Shown: positions 8,891-18,945 of the stretch, in pieces | Layout: each line of letters begins with the position of its first letter | Position numbering within the stretch: position 1 is the stretch's first letter | Source: an uncultured Dehalococcoidia bacterium | GTDB taxonomy: Bacteria; Chloroflexota; Dehalococcoidia; Lucifugimonadales; GCA-2712585 | Assembly (NCBI GenBank): GCA_964587385.1 | Contig: CAZPLA010000007.1 | Location: 2,916-66,915 of the forward strand | DNA length: 64,000 bases | Direction: 5' to 3' | The notes under the pieces: model-generated | The model's database searches: none | What the model was told of the DNA's origin: nothing | Seen by the model: the letters and a program-made list of their open reading frames with translations, nothing else | Program-made: the position numbers and the translations under genes

Positions 8891-10024
8891 TTAGGGAATA
8901 GGTTCTTTAGCTCCAAATCCTGTTAGCGGTAACAAAACCCGATCAGTTGTTTTTATTGCTCCAATGTCGATCAATCTTTCCAGTGCACCGAAGACTAATG
9001 CGGAAGTCGGTTCAATAAAGATTCCTTCTGTTTCAGCTAATTTTCTCTGCCAGTCACTGATTTTTGCTTCAGGGACGGCGATCGGCATTCCCCCCGAAGC
9101 CTCAAATATTTCGAGAAGTGTTGTGAGACGGGGTGGTTCGGGAACTCCAACTCCGTTGGCGATACTAGAAGCTTTACCGAGTTTTGGCATCCATTTACGT
9201 CCTTCAAAAGCTGCAACAATAGGTTGAGTTTCATCGGTTTGGGCAGCATGTAATTGGGGAATTTTCGTGATGCGTCCGTCCGCCAACATTTCACTGAATC
9301 CTTTCCATAAACCGTGAAGAATGGATCCGTTTCCTGATGGAATAATGATGTGATCTGGAAGTAGGGGCATTTGCTCTACTATTTCATATGCTATGACTTT
9401 AAGACCTTCAATGAAATAAATATTCAAAGCGTAATTCACTCTTGGGATTCCAGATTCCTGAGAAAAACGATTGGCTTCTTCAACTCGCGCCTCTCGAGTA
9501 TTGGCAACCCAATGCATATTGGTTCCATGAAGCATTATGGCCTGGATTTTGCTTTGAGATAGTCCGTCTTTATTAGCAAATCCATGGAATTTGATTCCTG
9601 CTCTTGCGCAGTAAGCTGCAAATGAGTGTCCGGCATTTCCACCTGTTGGATCTGCAATTTCGGTAATGCCTACATCTTTAAGAACCGAAACCTGTACTGC
9701 GTTCCCACGGTCTTTAAATGACCCGGTTGGGTTCATGTATTCGAGCTTAGAAAATAAATTAGGTAATTCTAGCAGTTTGGCAATGTGATTCAGTTGCACT
9801 ATTGGCGTGTCGCCCTCGCCCATTGTTATTAGATTTCTCGGGTTGTTAATAGGTAACGTTGCTAAGTATCTAGCTATACCCTTGTTATTAGAAAACAACA
9901 GATCTTTCCCAGGGGCAGGGTAGTATTTAGTGTCAAGTAATCCATTACAGGACTCACATAGTAGGCGATATTTGCTACTATCGTGTTCTTGTAGACAGTC
10001 GATACATATTAATATGTAAGCCAT
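8891..10024 (-). CDS. thrC: Threonine synthase-family PLP enzyme with an N-terminal zinc ribbon
   Basis: PLP-lysine motif NPTGSFKDRG and an N-terminal CIDC...CESC ribbon, as in short archaeal/Thermotoga-type ThrC. A paralogous activity cannot be excluded. Confidence 0.75.
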   Translation of the reverse strand: MAYILICIDCLQEHDSSKYRLLCESCNGLLDTKYYPAPGKDLLFSNNKGIARYLATLPINNPRNLITMGEGDTPIVQLNHIAKLLELPNLFSKLEYMNPTGSFKDRGNAVQVSVLKDVGITEIADPTGGNAGHSFAAYCARAGIKFHGFANKDGLSQSKIQAIMLHGTNMHWVANTREARVEEANRFSQESGIPRVNYALNIYFIEGLKVIAYEIVEQMPLLPDHIIIPSGNGSILHGLWKGFSEMLADGRITKIPQLHAAQTDETQPIVAAFEGRKWMPKLGKASSIANGVGVPEPPRLTTLLEIFEASGGMPIAVPEAKISDWQRKLAETEGIFIEPTSALVFGALERLIDIGAIKTTDRVLLPLTGFGAKEPIP

Positions 10025-10050
10025 AGTTTTCCTTTATATTATTCCTAACG

Positions 10051-13000
10051 TCAAGAAATAGGAACCTCAACCACTTGATAGATTGTAGTTTCCCCATCGC
10101 TGTATGAAACTCGTAGAGTTCCTTGATCCAGCATAAATTGGAATGCTTCTATTCCTTGGGCTGGGTATAGGATTTTTTCTAGTTGACCAACGATTATGTA
10201 TTTGATGGCATATTTGTCGATTATTTTAAGTTTTTGTCCAGCATTTGGAGTAGAAAAAGCCACCGATATATCGTTCGCTCTTTCAAGAACAGCATAAGAA
10301 TAGTCACCGCGTTGCTGTTCTTGATGCCAGGGCCAACCCAATACTGTTGGCAATCCAGTATAAACTGATATTCGAGATCCCCAACGATATTGATCAGTTT
10401 GTGCTTCCAATATAGTAGGAGATCCTTCAACGTTAGTACGCAACCATTTGATGGCATCATAATCTGATCGAAGAATCATAGCAGTGTCATTTTCCCAATG
10501 AATAACGTCTGTCATAAACAACTCTCCGTTGAGAGTTATTTGGTCAGTATCAAATCGGTCGGCTATGCGTGCTTTTGTTCCCCAAATTGGATATATTAAA
10601 GATGAAATAAATAATATGGAAAGTATAGCCATCCAACTGGTTCTAGTTACGATATTCGTACGACCTACAGAACTCCATTTTCTTAGTTGAAAAAACTTCA
10701 TATGATATAAGTACCAGAGGGCAGATGCGGATGATAATCCCATCAAGACCCAACTGCTTAAATAAAATTTGAAGACTGTGTTCATTCTGCCAATATCCTC
10801 ACCCACTCTTATGAATTCCACTCCTAAGCCGATAGCGAATGAAAGTAAGGCCAATGAGATTATAAAAAGGATATATGGTGAGGATTCGTTGTAGTGACGT
10901 AATTCCTGCGATATGGACAGAGTTGCTAATCCTAGCAATACTGTTAAGAATGCCCCGGTTTGATATCCACTAATAATCATACAGGTAATAACCATTGCCC
11001 ATAAAATAGTTATGAAGCCTTCGGATGTGAATTTGGCTTCGAATTGATTAAATTGGTCCTTCATTGGTGTGATATAAGCCTTCATAAGAGTTTTAATTCG
11101 TGACATATTTAATAACAGGCGATTCTGTGTATGGTGAAGGAGGAAAGTTATAATGATAAAAAGAAACAGTCCGTGAATTTGTAGATAGTTAAATAACGGT
11201 GTTTGCCACTTGGATGACTTTATAGTTGTTCCAAATGTCTCGTAACTCAAATGGAATGGAAAGAATGTGAGCATGCTTAATAAGGGTATGAAAATCGCAA
11301 TGCCTAATAGAATTAAGGCTTTGTTAGAAAACAACGGACGTTTTAACAATATTGGTATTCCTAATAGGATAAACATTCCGCTGGCTAATATGTAAACTGG
11401 ATAGTCCCAGCTATTTATTGCCCAGAGGGTTCCCAATGCTAAAGCTAGAAAAGCACTCGTTATGAATATCCATACTTTGCTTTGAGTTTGAAGGCCTAAC
11501 ATGAGTGAAAGTCCTAATCCTAATGCGAATAAGGTAAACGGTATTGCCATGACGTGTGCGTGAAGGTCAGCGAACAGGAAACTAAAAAATGGGAATTCTG
11601 TTATATGGGGGGAAATGTCAGGGCATGTGTTGTCTAGCCTTAGTCCATAGCCACAGAAAATACTTGAAGTATGAACTAACCTTTCTTCGACCCAAAATGT
11701 TAGAAAGGAAGGTTTTAAATCAGCAAGTTCAGGAATCATACGGCTACTTTGCCAAAAATCAAATGCAAGATAGCCTTGGTTATTTTGCATTTGATTCCAG
11801 AGAGATTCAGAGGCTTGAAATATGCCGTCTAAATTCCCTAGTATAGCTACAAACGCTCCGCCAAACATTCCAGCAATAATGGGGCTTTTCAAAGAAGAGA
11901 TACTGCATGAGGTAACGCTTGAAGTCGTTCTTCTAATACCTTCGGTTATGTTGAACACTAGTGAATATGCTCCTAGAACTGTAAGAGCGAAAAATGTTGG
12001 GATGGCTAAATTGTATGCAACAGAAGTGGTAATACCTGTAAATTTTATGAAGTTAGCCACAATGAAATGACCCCAATAATAATAATTTAGGTATCCTCCC
12101 GAAAACCAAGGATCAAATGGTGGCATGTATGAAGAACGGACAATGGCATTGATATATGCAAGGTCCATTGGCTTCTCTCCTCCTCTAGCAAAATGCCAGA
12201 GATCCGGGTTCGCCATGCGTACCCAGGTAAAGGATAAAAAGGCTATCAGGAATATAACTTCGCCTATTGCTAATAATTTCCAATGTTTGCGAAGGAAGCT
12301 TAAAACTTGAGTGCCAATTTTGAGAATTACTAAGCTTGAGAGACTTGCCATACATATCATGCCTATCAACATTGAAGTGCGGGAGAATTCTAACCAATGG
12401 AGGCTTGCTAATAGCCACGCTATGTGGCTTGCTCCCAGTATGCCTAGAAGTTTGGCTAGCATAATGCCCCGATCGGGCAAGGGGCGAAAAACAAAAAATG
12501 CTAATGGCAAAGAAATAAGCCATAAAATTTCTATTACTAAAAGCCATGCAAGAAGTGGAAAGCGGTTGGGCCAGCTTGTGACATCTATAATTTGAGACCA
12601 TGTCCCTCCGTCTTGCTGTAGCATTAATTCACTGGGATCTAGCATCAAACCGATTGGCAATTTTGAGTCATCCAACCATGTAAGCTTTGATGTAAGTTGT
12701 TCTATTGTTAATAGATGTGTGTTTTTGAATATCATCACTGTTGGGTGGTCATAATTGACTACGTTATCGTCTGCGTAGCCCAGGTTTATAACAAAACCAG
12801 GTTGAAGCGATTTATCCATTTGTTTGGGTTCTGGCAGATTGGCTCTATTGAATATGTCATTTTTCCAGGAAATCCCTAATAAATTAGGGTATGAAGTAAA
12901 TGATTTCTCGAATTCATAACCTAATTCGCCGGAGAAAAGTTTGCGATAGTAATTGGAACTTAGGGGGAACTTTTCTGGTATTCGATTGATGCTACCATAA

Positions 13001-14589
13001 GTGAAATTGCTGTAAAAAATAATGTATTGTGCCCGAGACAGGTTACTTGCAAGAGTTCGCATTTTTGGGATGTCGTCATCTTCGAATATTGGTATCTGTC
13101 GTTCATTATATCTATGAAGGTTTGGAATTCCTTCGGTCCAATGGTTATCAGTCAGAATGGTAGTGGCTGGTCCGACATTTTGGTTTATCCAATCGGATGC
13201 GGCTATTGCGGGGTGAGGTTTGGAATATATGGACAAGAAACTTATGCAGTACAAGAGAGAAGCTGTCACAACCAAGATGATTCCAACAACAGTTAAATGG
13301 GGTGTATGAATTTTGAATAAGGACAATATGGGTAATTTGGAAGGGTGCGTTTTTTCTGAGTTAGATAGTGTCCTAGTATTATCAAATATTGCCAGCATTA
13401 ACCGAGATGCCAACAAGATTATGAATGGCATTATCGGGAAAAGGTATCTTAGGAATTTAACTTCAAAGAATAGCCCTACGAGGAAAAAATTTGGCAACAC
13501 CCATGAGAGAATAAGCATGTCTGTTTTCCAACTAGGAGCTTTTTTTAAAGTGTTGACCAAGGCATATATGACACCACCAATGGCAGTGATTCCCAAAGGA
13601 ATTCCAAGGGCCCAAAAAAAGCTGTGTTTTAATTCGTATACGAAGGGGATGGAACCAATGTATTGTATAGTGTACGGCATCTTTCCCGCCGTTCTAGCTA
13701 TCTCAGCTTCCCATGTGTTATCTGCAATGAATTCAGCTATATCTATGAATGCGTATGGCGTGAGTAATGTAAATGTAGCTAAAGCTATAACTGCTCCCAC
13801 TATGGCTTGTTGAGCTGAATCAAATAGATTACTTCCCCTATCACTTTGTCTAAAAACGCTGAAAAAATAAGTAAGGGATAGTGGGAGGAGTAGGGGGAGA
13901 ACACTTACTTTAGTAGCAAAAGTAATTCCTACTGATAATCCTAAGAGAGACCAGTCTCTCCATCTGCGATACTCTATTACGTTTAGCATAAACCAATAGG
14001 AGAGCAATACGAAAAGTACTATAAAAGTTTCGGGGCGGTAGAAGTGACTATTTTGGATATGAACTACCGCTATGGACATGAAAAAGGCAGCCAATAACCC
14101 GACGTTTTGACTAAACATTCTTCTGCCTAAAATGAAAATAAGATATATAGAGCCCACATCTGCAATAGATGACAATGTACGTCCTACATAGCGCATGTCT
14201 AATAAAGATAAGTCTGCAAATGGGCTAAGTAAGAGCCTTATGAAAACGATGAGATATATAAAAATACTGCCTAGTGGGAACCAGTGTGGGTTTAGTGGAC
14301 TTTGGGCTGCGTCGAAGAATATTCCAAGCGTAGGTATGCCAGGTTTAATGTTGGGAAAGTCTCCGAATATGGCGCAATCATGATATGTGGAGTGATGTGT
14401 AAGGATCCGGTACATACAGTCCGCTTGCATGTAAAGGGACCTTTCATCTGGATGGAAGCCGTGTCCTTGATCCCAGTTTATTCCATATAGCCTTAATCCT
14501 AAGGCTACTAATATGATAGCTGATATGGATAGGATGATTCGGTGATTAATTAAACCATTAATTAAGGACCGTAAAGATATGCTATTCAA
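10051..14589 (-). CDS. 1512-aa polytopic membrane protein: N-terminal GT-C (ArnT/PMT-like) module plus a C-terminal Chlor_Arch_YYY (DUF2298) module
   Basis: Dozens of TM segments. The YYYWG motif (GGYLNYYYWGHF, plus-strand coordinates 12070-12084) matches the YYYxG hallmark of TIGR03662/DUF2298. The N-terminal half has an ArnT-like start (LRLYGINWDQGHGFHPDERS). Confidence 0.85.
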   Translation of the reverse strand: MNSISLRSLINGLINHRIILSISAIILVALGLRLYGINWDQGHGFHPDERSLYMQADCMYRILTHHSTYHDCAIFGDFPNIKPGIPTLGIFFDAAQSPLNPHWFPLGSIFIYLIVFIRLLLSPFADLSLLDMRYVGRTLSSIADVGSIYLIFILGRRMFSQNVGLLAAFFMSIAVVHIQNSHFYRPETFIVLFVLLSYWFMLNVIEYRRWRDWSLLGLSVGITFATKVSVLPLLLPLSLTYFFSVFRQSDRGSNLFDSAQQAIVGAVIALATFTLLTPYAFIDIAEFIADNTWEAEIARTAGKMPYTIQYIGSIPFVYELKHSFFWALGIPLGITAIGGVIYALVNTLKKAPSWKTDMLILSWVLPNFFLVGLFFEVKFLRYLFPIMPFIILLASRLMLAIFDNTRTLSNSEKTHPSKLPILSLFKIHTPHLTVVGIILVVTASLLYCISFLSIYSKPHPAIAASDWINQNVGPATTILTDNHWTEGIPNLHRYNERQIPIFEDDDIPKMRTLASNLSRAQYIIFYSNFTYGSINRIPEKFPLSSNYYRKLFSGELGYEFEKSFTSYPNLLGISWKNDIFNRANLPEPKQMDKSLQPGFVINLGYADDNVVNYDHPTVMIFKNTHLLTIEQLTSKLTWLDDSKLPIGLMLDPSELMLQQDGGTWSQIIDVTSWPNRFPLLAWLLVIEILWLISLPLAFFVFRPLPDRGIMLAKLLGILGASHIAWLLASLHWLEFSRTSMLIGMICMASLSSLVILKIGTQVLSFLRKHWKLLAIGEVIFLIAFLSFTWVRMANPDLWHFARGGEKPMDLAYINAIVRSSYMPPFDPWFSGGYLNYYYWGHFIVANFIKFTGITTSVAYNLAIPTFFALTVLGAYSLVFNITEGIRRTTSSVTSCSISSLKSPIIAGMFGGAFVAILGNLDGIFQASESLWNQMQNNQGYLAFDFWQSSRMIPELADLKPSFLTFWVEERLVHTSSIFCGYGLRLDNTCPDISPHITEFPFFSFLFADLHAHVMAIPFTLFALGLGLSLMLGLQTQSKVWIFITSAFLALALGTLWAINSWDYPVYILASGMFILLGIPILLKRPLFSNKALILLGIAIFIPLLSMLTFFPFHLSYETFGTTIKSSKWQTPLFNYLQIHGLFLFIIITFLLHHTQNRLLLNMSRIKTLMKAYITPMKDQFNQFEAKFTSEGFITILWAMVITCMIISGYQTGAFLTVLLGLATLSISQELRHYNESSPYILFIISLALLSFAIGLGVEFIRVGEDIGRMNTVFKFYLSSWVLMGLSSASALWYLYHMKFFQLRKWSSVGRTNIVTRTSWMAILSILFISSLIYPIWGTKARIADRFDTDQITLNGELFMTDVIHWENDTAMILRSDYDAIKWLRTNVEGSPTILEAQTDQYRWGSRISVYTGLPTVLGWPWHQEQQRGDYSYAVLERANDISVAFSTPNAGQKLKIIDKYAIKYIIVGQLEKILYPAQGIEAFQFMLDQGTLRVSYSDGETTIYQVVEVPIS

Positions 14590-14608
14590 GCTGCGCCTCT
14601 AAAACTGT

Positions 14609-15622
14609 CTAGATGCCCTTTTCTACCAAAAAAGCTCCTAGGTCGGCTGTTCTGCAAGCGTATCCCCATTCGTTATCGTACCATCCTAGTATTTTAACCA
14701 TTTCTCCTTCCATTACGATTGTAGAAAGGGAGTCGAAAATACAGCTGTGGGAGTTACTTTTAAAATCACTGCTTACTAAAGGATCGGCACAATATTCTAA
14801 AATACCGCTAAGTGGTCCATCGGCTGCTTGTTTGAAAACCTGATTTACTTCTTCGACAGAAACCTTTGTGCTTAGGAGTGCTGTAAAGTCAGTTGCCGAC
14901 ACGGTGCTTGTTGGTATTCGAAATGCAACTCCGTGTAATCTTCCTTGCAATTCCGGTATTACTAAGCCAACGGCTTTTGCTGCACCTGTGCTTGTTGGGA
15001 TTATGTTCATAGCCGCAGCTCTTGATCTTCTAAGATCTTCGTGAGCTACGTCCAATACTTTTTGATCATTAGTGTATGCATGTATGGTTGACATTAGACC
15101 ATATTTTATTCCGAAAGCTTGGTGTAGAACCTTAACCATAGGAGCAAAGCAGTTCGTTGTGCAGGACGCATTAGATATTATGTTATGGGATTTAGGATCG
15201 TATTTGTTGTCATTCACTCCCATGACTATAGTGATATCTTCTCCGTTAGCTGGCGCTGATATAATTACTTTTTTAGTGCCAGAATTCAGATGTGCTGCTG
15301 CCTTTTCTGCATTGGTGAATACACCCGTAGACTCTATAACCAAATCCACTCCTACTGAACTCCAAGGAATTTCAGATGGATTCCGTTCAGAAAATGTGGT
15401 TAATACATTGTTGTTTATAATGAGAGAATTATTATCAACTTCTACCGTACCAGGGAATTTTCCATAATTCGTATCGTATTTGAAGAGATGGGCATTGGTT
15501 TCTGTATTGGCCAGATCGTTTATTGCGACGATTTCAAGTTTGTCTGGGTGACGCTCTAGCGCCGCTCGTAGGAATTGACGCCCTATTCTGCCAAATCCGT
15601 TAATGCCGACTTTTACGCTCAT
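14609..15622 (-). CDS. gap: Glyceraldehyde-3-phosphate dehydrogenase (type I)
   Basis: MSVKVGINGFGRIGR and the active site SNASCTTNC. Confidence 0.95.
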   Translation of the reverse strand: MSVKVGINGFGRIGRQFLRAALERHPDKLEIVAINDLANTETNAHLFKYDTNYGKFPGTVEVDNNSLIINNNVLTTFSERNPSEIPWSSVGVDLVIESTGVFTNAEKAAAHLNSGTKKVIISAPANGEDITIVMGVNDNKYDPKSHNIISNASCTTNCFAPMVKVLHQAFGIKYGLMSTIHAYTNDQKVLDVAHEDLRRSRAAAMNIIPTSTGAAKAVGLVIPELQGRLHGVAFRIPTSTVSATDFTALLSTKVSVEEVNQVFKQAADGPLSGILEYCADPLVSSDFKSNSHSCIFDSLSTIVMEGEMVKILGWYDNEWGYACRTADLGAFLVEKGI

Positions 15623-16911
15623 CCCTCACCTCGTAAATGATTATATGCTTGCATGCCTGAGTAAATAACTTTATTTCCTATTTCCTTTTCTATCATCAGC
15701 AATCGATTGTATTTAGCCACCCTTTCTGACCTACAAGGAGCTCCAGCTTTTATTTGGCCAACGTTTAGGGCTACAGATAAATCAGCAATGGTTGTATCTT
15801 CTGTTTCACCAGAACGATGACTTAATATAGTTCCCCAGTTTGCCCCTTTGGCGATATTAAATGCTTCAATAGTTTCAGTCAAAGTTCCAATTTGGTTAGG
15901 CTTTAACAGGACGGCATTGCTAGCGTTTAGATTTATCCCTTTATTTATAAGGCCAGGGTTCGTAGTGTAAATATCGTCACCTACTAATTGCACGTTAGAT
16001 CCAATCTCTCTCGACATTTTGCACCATCCGTCCCAGTCGTCTTCTGATAGACCATCTTCGATGCTTAAGAGAGGGAATTCTAGCGACCAGTTTTTATAAC
16101 GGTTAATTAATTCATCAGAGGTTAACAATCTGTCTTCGCGAGGCAAATAATACTTTCCCCTTTGTAAAAGCCCGGTGGCTGCTACATCTAATCCTAGGTG
16201 ACAATCTGTTCCTGGGACATATCCTGCTTTTTCTATAGAATCAACTATTATTTCTAGTGCAGATCTATTAGAGTCGAGTGTGGGGGCAAAACCCCCTTCA
16301 TCTCCTACGATTGTATTTAGACCTCGGGCCACTAAAAGGCTTTTCAGAGCTTGGTAAATTTCAACTCCTGCTCGCATGGCTTCTCTGAAAGTAGGTAAGC
16401 CAGAAGGCATTATTAAAAATTCTTGGATATCTGTGGAGTTTAAGGCATGAGCTCCTCCATTTAAGATGTTAAACATAGGAACTGGAAGAGTAATCTGGTC
16501 TCCAGCAGATAAATATTTATAGAGGGGTATTTTCATTGAGGCTGCTGCAGCATGACAGATGGCAAGTGAAACAGAAAGCATTGCGTTAGCACCGAGATTT
16601 GATTTGTCGTCAGTGCCATCAAGGTCAACTAATTCTTTGTCTAAATCGATTTGGTTAAACGGTGAAAGACCTTTGAGTTGAGGTGTAATCTTGGTATCAA
16701 TATTATCTATCGCTTTTAACACTCCCATTCCCATGAATCGATTTTGGTCTCCGTCTCTAAGTTCAACTGCTTCATTAGTGCCTGTACTGGCTCCTGATGG
16801 CACCGCAGCTTTGCCGATAGAATCATCGGATAGCCGGACTAACGTTTCAATGGTGGGTCTACCTCGAGAATCGAGTATTTCCCTAGATAGGATACTACTA
16901 ATAGAGATCAC
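15619..16911 (-). CDS. eno: Enolase
   Basis: SREILDSRGRPTIE at the N-terminus and SHRSGETEDTTIADL. A 4-nt ATGA overlap with gap. Confidence 0.95.
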   Translation of the reverse strand: MISISSILSREILDSRGRPTIETLVRLSDDSIGKAAVPSGASTGTNEAVELRDGDQNRFMGMGVLKAIDNIDTKITPQLKGLSPFNQIDLDKELVDLDGTDDKSNLGANAMLSVSLAICHAAAASMKIPLYKYLSAGDQITLPVPMFNILNGGAHALNSTDIQEFLIMPSGLPTFREAMRAGVEIYQALKSLLVARGLNTIVGDEGGFAPTLDSNRSALEIIVDSIEKAGYVPGTDCHLGLDVAATGLLQRGKYYLPREDRLLTSDELINRYKNWSLEFPLLSIEDGLSEDDWDGWCKMSREIGSNVQLVGDDIYTTNPGLINKGINLNASNAVLLKPNQIGTLTETIEAFNIAKGANWGTILSHRSGETEDTTIADLSVALNVGQIKAGAPCRSERVAKYNRLLMIEKEIGNKVIYSGMQAYNHLRGEG

Positions 16912-16926
16912 TGAGATTTAAGCTTC

Positions 16927-17430
16927 CTAGTCAATTTGGTCCCTGGTATTTGCTGCATCGATTGCTTTATTTACCGCGTCTACTGGGTTTTTTGCAACGA
17001 TCATGGATGTATCCATATTACCGTTAGACATAAAACTCCATGTCTGTAGACCGATTACAGGTATATTTTCTGCCAAAGCATGAGCTATCTCCGACATTGT
17101 ACCGTATGAGCCATCTATGGCAATTACAGCACGGCCCGTTTTTACTACGATTACATTTCGAGCATATTTGAAACTGGTGCATATTGGGAAATCCACGAAA
17201 TCATTTGCTTCCTTCGGGTCATCGCCAGGCATGATGCCGATTGTAGTACCACCAGCCGATTTCGCTCCTTCGCAGACAGCCTCCATTACTCCTCCAAGTC
17301 CCCCGCAGGCAACTACTACCTCACGCTTAGCTAATTCTATTCCAACTTCACGTGCATGTTGTAAAGCAATTGTAGGAGGGTTTCCGCCTCCGATTACGGA
17401 GATGATCAAAGGTCTGCGTCGTATGGTCAT
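16927..17430 (-). CDS. TIGR00725-family (LOG/SLOG-like Rossmann) protein
   Basis: IISVIGGG...ACGGLGGVMEAVCEGA...IAIDGSYGTMSE pattern. The ATG at 17430 gives the usual length of about 167 aa. The ORF track extends to a TTG at 17487. Confidence 0.7.
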   Translation of the reverse strand: MTIRRRPLIISVIGGGNPPTIALQHAREVGIELAKREVVVACGGLGGVMEAVCEGAKSAGGTTIGIMPGDDPKEANDFVDFPICTSFKYARNVIVVKTGRAVIAIDGSYGTMSEIAHALAENIPVIGLQTWSFMSNGNMDTSMIVAKNPVDAVNKAIDAANTRDQID

Positions 17431-17514
17431 TACTTGCCTATTCGAGGTATTTGAAGAGGGAAATATTATATCAGATATAGTCGACAATATTTTGTAATTA
17501 GCATGTGAATGATT

Positions 17515-18270
17515 CTATCGGAATAAATCTCGGTCTGGGTTTCTTAGCAATGAGTTAATTCCTGTGTCTCTTGGGTTGTAATAATATCCTTTAATTACCG
17601 CAACCGGAACTCTGTCCAGTTTGGACATTACTAGCTCAGCGGCTGCCGCGAGCTCGTCAGCTATGGCTATAGTTGTCGTTTTGAGCGAATAACCGGCTAG
17701 GTCCGATTCGCCTCTGTAGTCTTTGAGAGGATTTATTCCGGATACACCGATTGCCACGTTGGTGGCTCCTTCCCTCCAGGGTCGTCCAAATGTGTCAGAA
17801 ATTATGATTCCCACTTTGATGCCCAATGCCATATGAATAGACTTACGTATCTTGTTGGCAGAAACATCAGGGTTTTTGGGGAGCAGAGAAACCTTCCCTA
17901 TATCTGTATTGTTTGATGAATCAACTCCAGCATTTGCACAAATGAATCCGTGATGTGTTTCAGATATTATTACCCCTCGATCCATCCTCACAATTCGCTT
18001 ACTTTCACGTAAAACGATTTCTACTAGCCTAGGGTCTTTGTTGTAATCGGAGGCTAGTTGCATGGCCATATAAGAGGGCTCTATTTCTTTCAGGTCTGTT
18101 ATTTGACCTTCTGCTTTTGAAACTACTTTCTGCGTTACTACAAGAATATCTTTGTCATTTAGGATAAGGTGCTGGCCTTTGACTTCATTACAGATTAGAT
18201 CTCCCAGATTAGCTCCTTCTGCAACTTCTGGCATTCCCGTAAGACCTATGATGCGTATTTCTGGTAACAT
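17515..18270 (-). CDS. cofE: Coenzyme F420-0:L-glutamate ligase
   Basis: 251 aa. ...ILVVTQKVVSKAEGQ... and ...ICANAGVDSSN... are typical of CofE/FbiB-N. Confidence 0.85.
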   Translation of the reverse strand: MLPEIRIIGLTGMPEVAEGANLGDLICNEVKGQHLILNDKDILVVTQKVVSKAEGQITDLKEIEPSYMAMQLASDYNKDPRLVEIVLRESKRIVRMDRGVIISETHHGFICANAGVDSSNNTDIGKVSLLPKNPDVSANKIRKSIHMALGIKVGIIISDTFGRPWREGATNVAIGVSGINPLKDYRGESDLAGYSLKTTTIAIADELAAAAELVMSKLDRVPVAVIKGYYYNPRDTGINSLLRNPDRDLFR

Positions 18271-18375
18271 GTGTGACCCCTAACTCTGAGCCTGCCTGAG
18301 TAGTATAATGCTTGTGATTCATCTAGGCTATGAGTAGAGTGGATCAAGCATATTTTATAAACATGGTGATAGCGA

Positions 18376-18945
18376 GTGAGCAGAAGTAAACGACTGTATA
18401 CTAAGTTCGGGGATAGTGGAGAAACCAGTCTACTTTATGGTGGCAGGGTTTCTAAGGCAGACGCCCATTGTGAGGCTTATGGTGCCACCGACGAAACTTG
18501 CTCTGCACTTGGATTAGCTCGTGCTTTATCATCAGACCAACGAGTTAGGGGAATACTAGAAAGAGTTCAACGGGATCTTTTTCAAGTTGGCGCTGAGCTG
18601 GCTACGGATCCAGATAAATATGAATCATTTAGGTTGCACTTTGAACCAGTTTCTTCGGAAATTACAGATCAATTGGAAAATTTGGTAGATGATTTACAGT
18701 CAGAGGTGTCATTGCCAAGATCTTTTATTATTCCCGGGGCCTCAGCACCTTCTGCGGCTATTGATTTGGCTAGGACTACAGTTCGACGTGCTGAACGTGA
18801 AGCAGTTAAATTGGAATTATCTGGTCGATTGTCAAATAAAGAGATCCTTAAATATTTAAATAGACTTGGGGATTTATTATTTATTTTGGCACGCTATCAA
18901 GACAGGGAATTACCGATGGAGAAATTGACAGAAGATGCAATTTAA
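18376..18945 (+). CDS. PduO-type ATP:cob(I)alamin adenosyltransferase
   Basis: N-terminal LYTKFGDSGETSL and the ...RTTVRRAER... motif. GTG start. Confidence 0.85.
   Translation: MSRSKRLYTKFGDSGETSLLYGGRVSKADAHCEAYGATDETCSALGLARALSSDQRVRGILERVQRDLFQVGAELATDPDKYESFRLHFEPVSSEITDQLENLVDDLQSEVSLPRSFIIPGASAPSAAIDLARTTVRRAEREAVKLELSGRLSNKEILKYLNRLGDLLFILARYQDRELPMEKLTEDAI

Noticed and set aside
12185-13813. Several 60-166-aa ORFs on both strands inside 10051..14589 (for example 12185..12601, 12311..12595, 13313..13813)
   Set aside because: All are embedded in the uninterrupted 1512-codon frame that carries coherent TM topology and the YYYxG motif. They are shadow ORFs typical of AT-rich long genes.
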